Shown: positions 24,182 to 35,070 of the stretch, piece by piece
Position numbering within the stretch: the first letter of the stretch is position 1
Layout: each line of letters starts with the position of its first letter
Assembly: GCA_020536535.1 (NCBI GenBank)
Contig: JAHLWZ010000828.1
Coordinates: forward strand, 34,799-98,798
Length of the DNA: 64,000 nucleotides
From: Pelomyxa schiedti
Taxonomy: Eukaryota; Protista; Evosea
Direction of reading: 5' to 3'
Notes under the pieces: model-generated
Database searches by the model: none
The model's input: only the letters and a program-made list of their open reading frames with translations
Told to the model about the DNA's origin: nothing
Translations under genes and position numbers: made by a program

Positions 24182-25144
24182 ATGAAGAAACGGGCGTCGT
24201 TCGCCGTCCGCCTACTGGTGTCGTCGGCGCTATTTTTGTTGATGGCCCTCCACGTCGGCCTGGTGGCCGCGTCCTCGTCGTCGTCAGACTCGGACTCTTC
24301 GTCGTCGTTGTCCGAGTCCTCATCGTCGATGTCGTCTTCGTCGGATTCGTCGTCTGGCTCGTCTTCGGCGTCGCGCTCCCTGTCTTCCTCCTCCGACTCG
24401 GTGTCGCGCTCGTCTTCGCGTTCATCGTCGGAATCAGTCTCTACGTCTAGTTCCTCGCGGTCACTCTCTTCCTCAGAGTCCCTGTCATCGTCGGACTCTT
24501 TGTCTGTTTCCAAATCACTGTCTGTATCTGAGTCTGAATCGTCGTCGTCTGATTCACTCTCCTCCTCAGACTCTCTTTCGTCATCACACTCACACTCCCT
24601 GTCAGAGTCAGATTCCCTTTCCTCCTCTCATTCACACTCAATTTCCACCTCCGTGTCAGAGTCTGACTCCACCTCTTCTTCACATTCCACATCCGAATCC
24701 CTCTCAACCTCCAAATCCCACTCCATCTCCACGTCCATCTCCGAGTCCTCCCACTCAATATCCCACTCACTATCCCACTCCGAATCCGAATCCCACTCCC
24801 ACTCCCTTTCTAGATCCACGTCTACCTCCGAATCAGAGTCAGAATCCGAGTCCGAGTCGGAATCCGAATCCGAGTCGGACTCACTGTCTTCATCGCGAGA
24901 TTCCTCCTCCACGTCAGGCCCATCAGGCTCACCAGCATCGCACTCCTCGTCATCCAGCACGTCGTCGTCCTCCAGCTCGAGCAGCTCTGGGCACCATCAC
25001 GAGGCGTGGGTGTGGGCCCTGTTCGGAGTTGGCTGGGGGCTGTTGTTGGCCGGCGTGGTTGTGGCACTGCTGGGGTTCTGCATGGGCCGCGGGGGTGGCT
25101 ACCCGTGGCAGGACAATAGGACTGACTCGCATCTTCGCCCCTGA
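24182..25144 (+). CDS. Intronless Ser-rich type I membrane protein (signal peptide, Ser/His/Glu-rich stalk, TM, short tail)
   Basis: MKKRASFAVRLLVSSALFLLMALHVGLVAA signal; long poly-Ser/SE/SH region; TM WVWALFGVGWGLLLAGVVVALLGFCM. Confidence 0.75.
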   Translation: MKKRASFAVRLLVSSALFLLMALHVGLVAASSSSSDSDSSSSLSESSSSMSSSSDSSSGSSSASRSLSSSSDSVSRSSSRSSSESVSTSSSSRSLSSSESLSSSDSLSVSKSLSVSESESSSSDSLSSSDSLSSSHSHSLSESDSLSSSHSHSISTSVSESDSTSSSHSTSESLSTSKSHSISTSISESSHSISHSLSHSESESHSHSLSRSTSTSESESESESESESESESDSLSSSRDSSSTSGPSGSPASHSSSSSTSSSSSSSSSGHHHEAWVWALFGVGWGLLLAGVVVALLGFCMGRGGGYPWQDNRTDSHLRP

Positions 25145-25277
25145 TGTTTTATCTTGTGCTGTTTATTTTAACATTTTTTTTATAAATAAATCCATCTTTT
25201 TTTCCTTGTCACTTTTACACACTACAAACTAGACAATTCCTTTGTGGGTGGGATTTATCCAGCAAAGAACCTTGTGG

Positions 25278-26799
25278 CTAAAGATGCAGCCCGAATGTAC
25301 CTTAGAAAACCATTAGGATACAAAATTAATCACGACAAGTACTACCATGATATTCCTCTCCTGCACTCAAAATGATCAAGTGGTCATGGTTGTTAAATGT
25401 GTCTGCCAGTCCTGTCATTGGCTCAAAAGCCACTGCACTCTGGCCCCAATTTTGTTTTGACCCTAAAGGTGGTTGACATTTGTACTTGTTGGGAGAATCA
25501 CCAACCTGTGAACAACTGCCACACACGGAAGCTTTGGTCACCCCAAAATGTTATTGTGGTATCTGGAGATTAAGTGAGCAGAGCAAAAAAAATAGATAGA
25601 AACCTGCCAGGGGGTCATAAATGGTGTGCTGTAGTGTATTGCAAACTTGAGCAGACAATTTTGGTTTGTACTCATCATCGTAGTACGTAGGCAGCTCTGA
25701 TGTCCCACCAATTGGGGTCTTCCCGTCAAACAAGTCCCAGGATTCTACCTAATTCTGGTAACAAGAGAAAAATCTAGCTTATGAGACTCACCTGACCTGT
25801 TGGGATTAGGCTGCCGTGTATGGGATCTCCATCACCCATGAGTATGTGGTTCCATTTCGTACATGGGTCTAGTTCAATAACCACTTTGGATACATCGATT
25901 GCCTTTTTCAGTGTTTGTGTTGGTGGTTTGTACTCACAGTTGGCTTACAGGAAAGTAAGGGTGATAACCAAACGACACAGGAAGGGGATCAGCATCCATA
26001 GGGTTGTAGATCTAGATGTGTGAACAGTGGCGTGAAGGGTAAAGTTCCTTACAGTTGCGGAAAGTTGGAACTCTCCAGGTAGAAGGGTGTAGTTTAAATA
26101 AATGTCGACCGGAAAAGGGTATCCCATAGGTTGCTCTTGCCCAGTAAATGAGTACCTGATAGATGTGAGGAGAAAATCAAGGATAAGAATTGAGAACTTG
26201 AGATAGACCCAAGCGCCGGTATCATCGGCATTAGTGGACACCACAGTCAATGTTTTGTTGTTAAGGAACCCATGCAAAGCGCAGCACCTGTCATCGTTGC
26301 ACTCATTCCTTACAAGGTAATATGACTCGTGCTGGAATTCATATGTCCCATTGCTAGTTTTGTGAGGGTCATTGTTGGGGCTTTTTAAAGTGGCACGGCC
26401 TTTCCAGACAAACCAAACCAAACCAAAATTCTGGTAAACACATCATCACAAGCAAGAGAGCATAACCACGCACTCCACTCTATTGGCGAAAGGGGCCAAA
26501 ATAGCGCCCATGTAGTGGTCGTCGCCGACCCTCAGCGCCGTCGCGTTGCCCTCGTGCGTGGCAACGACGTGCTTGACAGTTCCAGCCGCGGTGTCCCACA
26601 GCGCCACGTCCTCGACGACGCCCCCAGACTCCCACACGACCGACACCAACTCCTGTGTCTCCACGTTCCTCATCGTCTTCATCCTCAGCGCGTCGGCACC
26701 GCTCCCCATAACGTCATCGGACACCGAGAACCTAGCACACTCCACTACATCCACAAACAACACCGCGCCTACTACTAAATAGACCGACAGGGGGGTCAT
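25278..26799 (-). CDS. Secreted aldose 1-epimerase (galactose mutarotase-like)
   Basis: Signal peptide; GAILAPFANRV..NGTYEF; ALHGF; GYPFPVDIYLNYTL; VAFEPMTG...FNN...LSAGEEYHGTFGLHL. Confidence 0.8.
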
Positions 26800-26922
26800 T
26801 GTGAAACCCGCCAAAATTTTTAAAAAGATGAAACTATTTAAGGGAAAAATGAAAAAAGTTTGAAACAACTAAAAAAAAACCAAGCACAGAAGAGCCGGCA
26901 GGCAAGCAGCACGGAACTACAA

Positions 26923-26999
26923 GTGCATATCACATGGAGCAGTGCATTTGGAGCGGTGGTGCATTTGGAGCAGAGTGGCTGCAGTTTGGTGCATTTGAA
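26923..26999. repeat. Cluster of imperfect direct repeats (GTGCATTTGGAGC) in the intergenic region
   Basis: gtgcatttggagc at 26942 and 26959; variants gtgcatat...tggagc at 26923 and gtgcatttgaa at 26989. Confidence 0.6.
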
Positions 27000-27086
27000 A
27001 CGACATCAACACCACACCATCAAAACCCAGAAGGGAACCGGGGTTCTCACCGTAACATGGTTTTGAGCACAAGGGTTTTTTATTTT

Positions 27087-29675
27087 TCAAATGGAAGAGG
27101 AACAGAGGGAAGTGATCAGGGACTGGAGGGTAGGAGTGGAACTGCGGAACTCGGGGCTGCGATAGACTTGGTGGAAATGAGTGGATATGAAGTGGAGGGT
27201 AGCGGCCTTGAGGGGTAGGGCATCAGTGTCAATTGCCAATTGGAGCAAGTGCACGGCGTTGACAACGTCAATCTGGTGGGTCAGAATCGAAGCACAGGTG
27301 TCCACCGCCTCGCTCAGCATTAGCTGGTTGCCTTTTTTTTGGTTTTAGTTTCTGGAATTGAGGAATTGATGGTGTACACGCATATAGGACTTCTGTTATG
27401 TTCCCTGCGGTAAGTTTATCTCCAAATGTGCCGGTATAGATGAACTCTAGAATCAACCTGAATGTGTTTGCATGATAGCCCTGAAGTTCAATAGTTGTCT
27501 GCGTTATTTCTAATTTGTTTATTGTTGGATGATGTACAAAGCTTATCTTTATTTAGATCGTTTTGAGGGACAAAAAAAAGGGAGAATCGCGGCACTAACC
27601 ATGCATTCCTGAATTCAGCATAGTTGCAAAATAAGGACAGCGGAACGCCAGGATAGACCTATGGCATTCAAATGATTCACCTTCTACAACAAGCGTCAAA
27701 TCACTGTTCTGTGATGTATGAAGAAGTTTTAGTAAGTCCGACTCAACTGGGTCCATGTTTAACAATATACAACTGGTGGCGAAGGTGTCAGAGATTTCAG
27801 GCAGTATGTATGCAGCACCCGCTTCAGTGAGGAATTGTTTTAGCAAGAGGAATTCAGAGTAAGAAAGCGAAGTGGGGAATCTTCCAGTATATATTGCTTC
27901 TACAAGTTTCTGTGCAGCACTACAGGTAAGTTTACTTCCCATGTCCGCTTCATTGGTACTGCGCAGGGACGCTGTTTGTATGCAGGATCGGGTACAGACA
28001 TGAGGGTTCACAGATGCAGACTTGATGTTGCATGTAGACCGTTTTACAAGGGCTATATACAAAAGAGGACAGCGTGAACCAATAATGGCGCTATGAGCAC
28101 TCACTACTCCATCATTTGTATCCAGTAAAAGATCACAAAATATTTTGCTTTCCAGGAGATTGTACATCCATATGGAGGCGGGCCGGTAGCCGACTTGAAT
28201 AAATGGAATATCTCCTTTTATTAAGTCTGTGAGCTATATTTTGTTGATCTGTCTCAGTAAATCACTACCTGTATCAAGGGAGAAACATTTGATTGTCCCT
28301 GCGGGAAATAGCAAAATGGCAAGGTTTGCACTATTTGTTAGACTAAGTGGTGGCTGTGGCGTATTGTCCACTTGTATCTTGCCCGCCCATGACAAACTAA
28401 CTGTTTTCTTGGCCTTGTAAGAGCTGTAAGTATCTTAGTTACCTATATCAAATGTCCAAATGACTGCAGATGTTGCAGCAATCGACTCGAGAAGAAATAA
28501 CCGAGTTCCAACGACAGTTGTGGCATCAGGTATAAATGGTGGAGGTGCGCTTCCATGACACTTGGGGTTCAGCCACTTATTGTCCCCTGCAAAAGTAAGA
28601 GGCATTTGAAAAAAGTAAACTAATTACGTGGTTGATATTCAAACAACTCGTTTGTTATTACCCCTGACGATTCTATCCCCCCTTAATGAAAGTAAGATGT
28701 ATGGGAAAAGGAAGTCATGAAACCAAAAATCCAGCAGGAGTTGCATGCCACTACAGCCGCGTGGCGGTGGCGACCTGGTGGCAAACTACCAGTAGCTGCA
28801 GAGAAATTAGAGTACAAGGTGAATAAGGAGAGTACGTTTAGGGTTTCGCCATATCATCCGGCCAGTGTCGAATATGTATGTATCGTTGCAGCACAACGGT
28901 GTCCTTTTTCCAAGTCCTCCAAACAACATCAGTTCATTTCCAATAGCCGATACAGTGAAGCCACTGCGAGGGAATGGGGCTTGAGGTGTGGACTCAGTTT
29001 TAAGCCAGCTGCTCCACTCTTTGGGAAACATTTTGTCAAACATAGAAAACACAAAAGGTTATGCCTAACCTGTGTCAAAAATGCAAAAAAGCTGGTCAAA
29101 TCCATCATAGTAGAACAGCTTTGCACCAATAGCCGTCAAACAGAAAGCTCCAGGAATGCATTGAACTTGCGGCAAATTTGCCAAAGGGATATCAGTGTGA
29201 TTCCACTCCAAGGATGCTAAAGTTTCAGTGAGAACATGCCACATAAAAACAAAACCCCCATCAAGGGGCCAACTTCAGTTCAGGCACCACTCACCCAAAT
29301 TTAGAGAGCAGACATCCAACCGCCTCCTATCTCTCAAGTGCATTCCCACAGTATGTGCAACCTTGGGGCTGTCAGCCTCCCTCCCACACACAACCACCGT
29401 CGCTACCCTACAAGAGAAAAAACCAAAAGTGTGAGCCACCCAACTCCACCCTGCAACACCCCCCAAGACAACAAAACAAGGCAAGGTGAGGAGGAGCCAC
29501 ACGAATGAGCAAGCAGAGCATGGGGCTCGTGTCCCTCGTCCCTACGCGCACTAGCACTGGGCGACGAGGACTCGCCCCCAACAACAACCAACCCGCACGC
29601 GCAAGTGGCCTTCACAGTTTCCCACTGCCACGTGGCCCGCACCCCCACACAAAGCGGCTCCTCAGCCCCCTGCAT
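27087..29675 (-). CDS. Kelch-repeat + tandem BTB (+BACK-like) protein, LZTR1-like architecture
   Basis: Kelch PFPRSGFTVSAIGNELMLFGG...NDTYIFDT..W; BTB1 FCDLLL...VSAHSAIIGSRCP; BTB2 SDLTLVVEGESFECHRSILAFRCPYFATML; ILEFIYTG; NAVHLLQLA...LKAATLHFI. Confidence 0.85.
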
Positions 29676-29734
29676 CCGAGTCTCCAGAAAAAACCCAGTA
29701 GATAACAGATCTGTAATTTTCCAAGCCAGGGAGG
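29676..29734. promoter_or_regulatory. Putative bidirectional promoter between Kelch-BTB and SP-RING genes
   Basis: Inferred head-to-head ATGs only 59 nt apart. Confidence 0.35.
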
Positions 29735-31636
29735 ATGAGGCGCGATGGCGATGCGGCGCAGGCGACGGCGACTGTGCCGCGGGGAGAAGGTGCCTCGGTT
29801 TGGTTCGATGTTATTCTCGCCGTAATCACGCGACGTAGGCTCTGCTGCCTTGGATGTCAATCGGCTCCCTGCTGTCTCCGCCGCTCCTTCGAGTGCAACG
29901 CCTCACGCTAGTCTACAGCAACAGCAGCAACAAATTCAACGGCAGCCACAAGCTTCTGGGGGTGATCAATTGCAGGTGGGATGTGATTTAATTCTTAAAG
30001 GCAGCGTTGCGTCGTTAATTTAGTTACATTTATGAAGGAAATTAACTGTTGATAGGGACAGACCAAGGACACGTGTATGGAACCACCCTGCTTGGAGTAT
30101 GAACTACCCTTTTAATTACAATTAACTTACAGTGTCACTTCTAGGCAAGATAGCGATGATCTGATACCTGGTAATTTTTTTTCCCCTAAAAAGAATTCCA
30201 AACCTTTTCTATAACTTATATTCCCTCTTCAGGAGATTTAATAGTCTCACTTATATGTCCAATTACAAAGCAGCTCATTAAAACTCCTGCTAAGGGACCC
30301 GCCTGCAAGCACATACAAACTTTTGACTATGACTCGTGTGTTTCTACTTTTCAAAGCTCATACAAGCTTCTCAGAGGCCCTCCTTTAAAAAAGTTTCCAA
30401 GTCCTGCGAGGTAAAGAAGTATGTCCGCTTTGCAAGAAACCATGTCCAAAGCTTGAGGTCATCAAAGACGAACGATTTAGTCTCATTCTGGCAACAAGAG
30501 AAAAGAAAGGACTAACTTGCACGACTGTAAGATTTTTGGAGAATGGGGAGTGGATGTTTGATGCCACAGACGGAAATCATGATGCAGAGATCATTGACCT
30601 TTGTGAAATTGAATCCACTCAATCCCTGCACAAAACCACCCATACAACCAATGAGGGCAGTTCAATCGATCAAGTGGGGAAACCTTCTTTAAGAAGAGAA
30701 AACATTTGCTCTGCTGTGTCTGCCACTCAACTTCCTGCCTCTAATAACAGAAAGGAAGCTACATCAAAAGAAAATCCAATTGTCATCACAGATACACCAC
30801 CCCAGCACCAAGATACCACTTTTCCAGATATTCTTGTGCGACATCCCATGCCTCAAACTGTCACTGCGAACACTCAAGGAAATGTCCCATTGAAACAAAT
30901 TGCCCCCACTGGCACTGCCCCTAAAGAAAACAATTTAGTGCATAAACCACTCCTTGCAGATGGCAAACTAAATGGAGATCACTCACACGAAAAGCCACAT
31001 CCCCGAAACAGCAAGATTGACTGCGTCAGTGACAAAAAACCTAGATGCACTTGCTGTATGCCAATCACAAAAACTGCCTGTACTCTGTGTCATGTAGATT
31101 TCTATTGTGAGTGTTCTTTTCTCCGGCATGCTCAGGTAACAAAAGTTCCCATCTCAAATCAACCAAAAAAAAAAAAAAAAAAAAAAAAGAAAGGAGCCAA
31201 GCACAAAAAAGCACTGAATCGACCCTTCAGGGACCGCACAATACAGTACTACATCAAATACCACAAGTATTGTGTGTGCTCTGAATGTAAGTGTGGGTAT
31301 GGCAATCCCTTAGCAACAACACCCATCCCTCCTTCCCCAATGGCCTACCCTGTGATTGCTCCAGCACTCCCGAAAGCAACTCCTCCTGTTCCTCCCTCCA
31401 CTGCAATTCCAGATTCCGCACTCATGCCTCCACCTTCAAAAATTCCAAAGACTACCTCAACGGCAGCAGAGAAAGCAACACCCAACAAAACGACTCCTTG
31501 TGCCTTGCCCGCTGCTAGAAGTGTGTCAGCTCTCACTCCAGTCATTTATGGGGACTTTGAACCACCTCCTCGATTTGTTACTGACTTCATGAGTGAAGAC
31601 GAACACCTCCAGCCCCCAGCCTCATTCCTCTCCTAA
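29735..31636 (+). CDS. SP-RING (zf-MIZ) domain protein, putative SUMO E3 ligase
   Basis: Spliced VSLICPITKQLIKTPAKGPACKHIQTFDYDS|FQVLRGKEVCPLCKKP matches SP-RING; Gln-rich N-term, Pro-rich C-term; 3' end may extend to ~31812. Confidence 0.75.
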
Positions 31637-31845
31637 AACACATTTTGCTTTTTTCCAAAAGAAACCAATAGAAACCCACGTCAACTTTTTTTTTGTTCAA
31701 GCAAGTGTAGGAGTAGAAAAATCAAGTTTTTTGGGCTGTAGGACCAAGAAGAGAAGAAAGTTGAGAAAAAGGTGGAAAAAGTCTATCTATCTTTTTTGCC
31801 TTCCAAAAGGTGATCATAGGCAGCAATCATGGAAGCTTAAGGGAA

Positions 31846-32790
31846 TCAGAAGGGGGGGAGGTTGAAGAAGGCAAAATTACCACGAGCTTCATCTCGAACA
31901 TCTTGAATCTTTCTTCCTTTGGTTTCGATTGGTTTGCACACATAGTAATACATCGTTCCGGGGTGCATATCCAAAGTAGAGTCATCGGTCAGATGGCGAA
32001 GTTCCATAGCAACGGGTACTACAGGAACCCCAGCATCACATGCCAACTGACAAGGGTTAGCTGTAATCCAACAGACTAAACACATACCTTGAAAGCTCCG
32101 TCCCTGAATTTGCCAATATGTGGATGATCGTCCTTTTCTGATGCCTCTTGCAAGAAGCGACGTGTTCTGCATGATATCGGTGTACATCAGGAAAACAGAT
32201 ATTAGAGATACCCCTCTGGGAATATGTTCAAAGGAATCCCATTTTTAAGCAATTCTGCACATTTTGCCATAGAAAGCTCGTTCAGTTGTTTGTCTGCCCC
32301 AACGTATACCTTACGAAATAGCAAAGGGGAAATATGAGTGGGTTTGATAGGGAGTAACAAAATTCATACCACGTCCAGAATCAAGCCGGAGAAGTTAAAA
32401 ACAGGAAACCAACGAATTGAGTTCTTAATCATTGCACGCGGTTTGACGCCGAGGTTAAGCAAGTAGCTTCGTGAGGTTGTGTAAGTGCTACTGCAAAAGA
32501 ACTTGATGACAACAAGTCAAGTACCAAAATGCTTGGTCCCACACGGACTGGTGATTGCAAACAATCACGCACGGCACCGGCGAGTCGCTCATGTCGTGAT
32601 CGCTCAGTAGCTTGACAGTCCAAAACCGAGTTACGACAAACTGGCTGAATAACCAGTAGATCCGGTACTCCAGAGATCTCTTCTTGCGATCAAATAACAA
32701 TGTGTACGGTAACACCGCAATCATCGCAATCTGCGTAAGCAACGCGCATCCCACGAAGACGGCACAAAACGCGCAACACATGAGGTTCAT
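31846..32790 (-). CDS. 1-acyl-sn-glycerol-3-phosphate acyltransferase (PlsC/LPAAT family)
   Basis: N-terminal TM; VIVCNHQSVWD (NHxxxxD motif); IFPEG motif near 32220; VPVVPVAM. Confidence 0.85.
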
Positions 32791-33020
32791 TTTTCCTTGA
32801 ATGAATTTCACCTTTTCGTCCTTGACATGGAAGCCGTCGAGATGAAATGACTGGAGCAGTCTCTCCCCAATCAACTGCGGTATTTGAGTGCCAATCTGCT
32901 GTAATAAGTAATCACTGACGGCTGGGTTTGTATGCGACCACAGAGATGAGTTGTGGTCACTGAGGCTTAAATTAGGCCAAATGCAGATAAAAAGGAAAAA
33001 ACAACCGCAAGCAGGCCAAG

Positions 33021-33667
33021 ATGGGAGATACGTCTACCGAGGACGACGCCTCACGAGACTCAGACTCCCACAGCAGCGACGGCGAAAGCGCACCGAGGAC
33101 CCATCGCACGCTCCCAAAGGTCCGAAAACACCGGTCTCGTACGAGGAAGGGCCAGCAGAGTATCCCATTCCCGGTCCCCAAGTCGAAGCAGGAAAAGATT
33201 GCTCTGTACGACCAGAGGGCCAAGGAGATAAAACAACTGCGGGCCACCGTCGAGAGTCTCAGGACCAAGTTGGGTGATCCTGCTCTGCCGATACCCGAAC
33301 GAGCCCAGTGCGTTGCTTTTTCTTTTTGCGGTTTTGTTTTTTTTTTTTTTTTTTTTTGAGTTTTTTATGTGTGATTGTCAATGAGCCTAAGCTTAGAGTC
33401 TCACCATTTGTTTTGTGAAGGAAGAGATATTGGTCAATGAGGGAGCATGAGAGATTCCTCACGTGGTTGGTTGAGCATAAGGCAACCAAAGTGGCCAGCC
33501 TTGATGTATGGTCTCTTTCTGAATTTGTTGGAACAAGGAGTCCAGTGCAGTGTAGAACACATGCTCAAAAGTATTTACCCTTTCACTTTTGGCTCATGGA
33601 CTCAATGTCAGTCAGGTTTTTTGATGCTGTGCATTCTGGTGTTGTAATGGATCCCAAAGATGAATGA
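33021..33667 (+). CDS. SHAQKYF-class Myb-like DNA-binding protein with coiled coil
   Basis: RYWSMREHERFL...SEFVGTRSPVQCRTHAQKY; 3' end uncertain. Confidence 0.75.
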
Positions 33668-33728
33668 CTTGGAACCAAGCTACAACCCTTTGTTGCATAA
33701 ACTAAAAAATTCTTTTTCTGTGCATTTA

Positions 33729-34951
33729 TTAGTACCAAACCTTGGCAAGCTCCTTCCGGAGCAGATTTGGAATGGAGAGATCAGGTGTTGGAGAACCCAG
33801 CATCAGTAGGCAGAAGTTATCTGCTAACGCCTCTTCTGGGTGGTTAATATCTGAATTTCTGTAAGGAGGATGTAGGGAAAAAGGTGGTTTACACTCGGTA
33901 TTCCCAGATAATAGTGTCACATATTCTAAGGATTCACTGGGTTCAAAAAATGTGTTTGTGGGCACCCATTGGTTTGTTGCTTCATTAAACTCTATGTGCA
34001 TTAGCTGGAATTTCAGGTAGGCAAAGAATGAACCCCATCCAGGGTATCTGGTGACAAGTGAAAGGTGAAGAATAAAGGATGGCTACGATACCTCTCTACT
34101 GAAGAGTACATCACAGGCAAGAGGTTTACGGGGTTACCATCTATTTTAGTTGGTAAATACCAGTCGCTGCAAAGGACATCTGGGTTTGATATCCTTCGTG
34201 GGTGCAGATGCGGAGGCAGTGGAACGTCATTGGAGCACTTGACAAACTTTAGGGATGAGTATAAAGTTTTCCTTAAGGCAGGGGTGCTTGTGCTCAAAAT
34301 GTGGAACATTTCATGGAACAAAACTCGGCGATTGACCATTCCTGGTGGAAGTGCAATTATATGCCCTTGTCTACAGTAAGCGGCCCCTGCTTCTTCACGA
34401 CCAGAAGTCTTAGCCTAGCAATGGAGATGATGAGAGTACTGCAGATTTGTGATGGTCCCAACCAAGATTACAACTGGTGGAAATGGAAGAAATATATGAA
34501 GTTCCTGCGCTCTAGAAACAAGAGCAAACACATCAGCTTTGAGTTGAGCCATATCTGCAGAAGTTAGGTGCAAGTAGAATTATCAACTGGCGCAGTAGGA
34601 GTGGTTCCATAAACCTGCGGGACTGAAGTCTATCCCGGACCTTGCAATGAAAGCAAGGTACTGATCTTCCGTGGGCTGCGCATGGATTAATGTTAGAAAA
34701 GTACTTTTTCCGAGCACTAGCGCTACCTCCTTCGCGGACTGCATCTTAGCTTGCCTGTCAAATGGACCCAATGCTCTCACATACGGATCATTGGGATCAG
34801 CCAACAGTGCCCCAGTTTCCTGCTTTGATGCAAACCTGAATGTAGTTGTTTTCGTAACACTTTCCCCTGATGCATCAGATGAGTTTGTCGAATAGCCATG
34901 CCCTCTCCCACTCGGGACCACTTGTTCTACGGTGAAAGAATGAGGGTCCAT
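33729..34951 (-). CDS. Putative zincin-type metallopeptidase, bacterial-like
   Basis: FASKQE...GPFDRQAKM; EAGAAYCRQGHIIALP; VLFHEMFHILS (HExxH at 34301-34315); RISNPD; NHPEEALADNF (third ligand candidate). Confidence 0.65.
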
Positions 34952-35070
34952 CACCTTGTTTTTTTGTTCTGTTTTGTGGACGGCTTTCGTTGAAGAGGAC
35001 GGACACTCTTCGTTTGCCAAAAAGAAAAACCGGCAGGCAAGTGGTGACACTGGCAAATTAATTGCACCAA

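Noticed and set aside
24076-24960. Asp/Glu-rich minus-strand ORFs (24076-24513, 24628-24960) that look like acidic proteins
   Set aside because: They are the antisense shadow of the poly-Ser codons. The + strand ORF has a coherent signal peptide and TM helix, and these do not.
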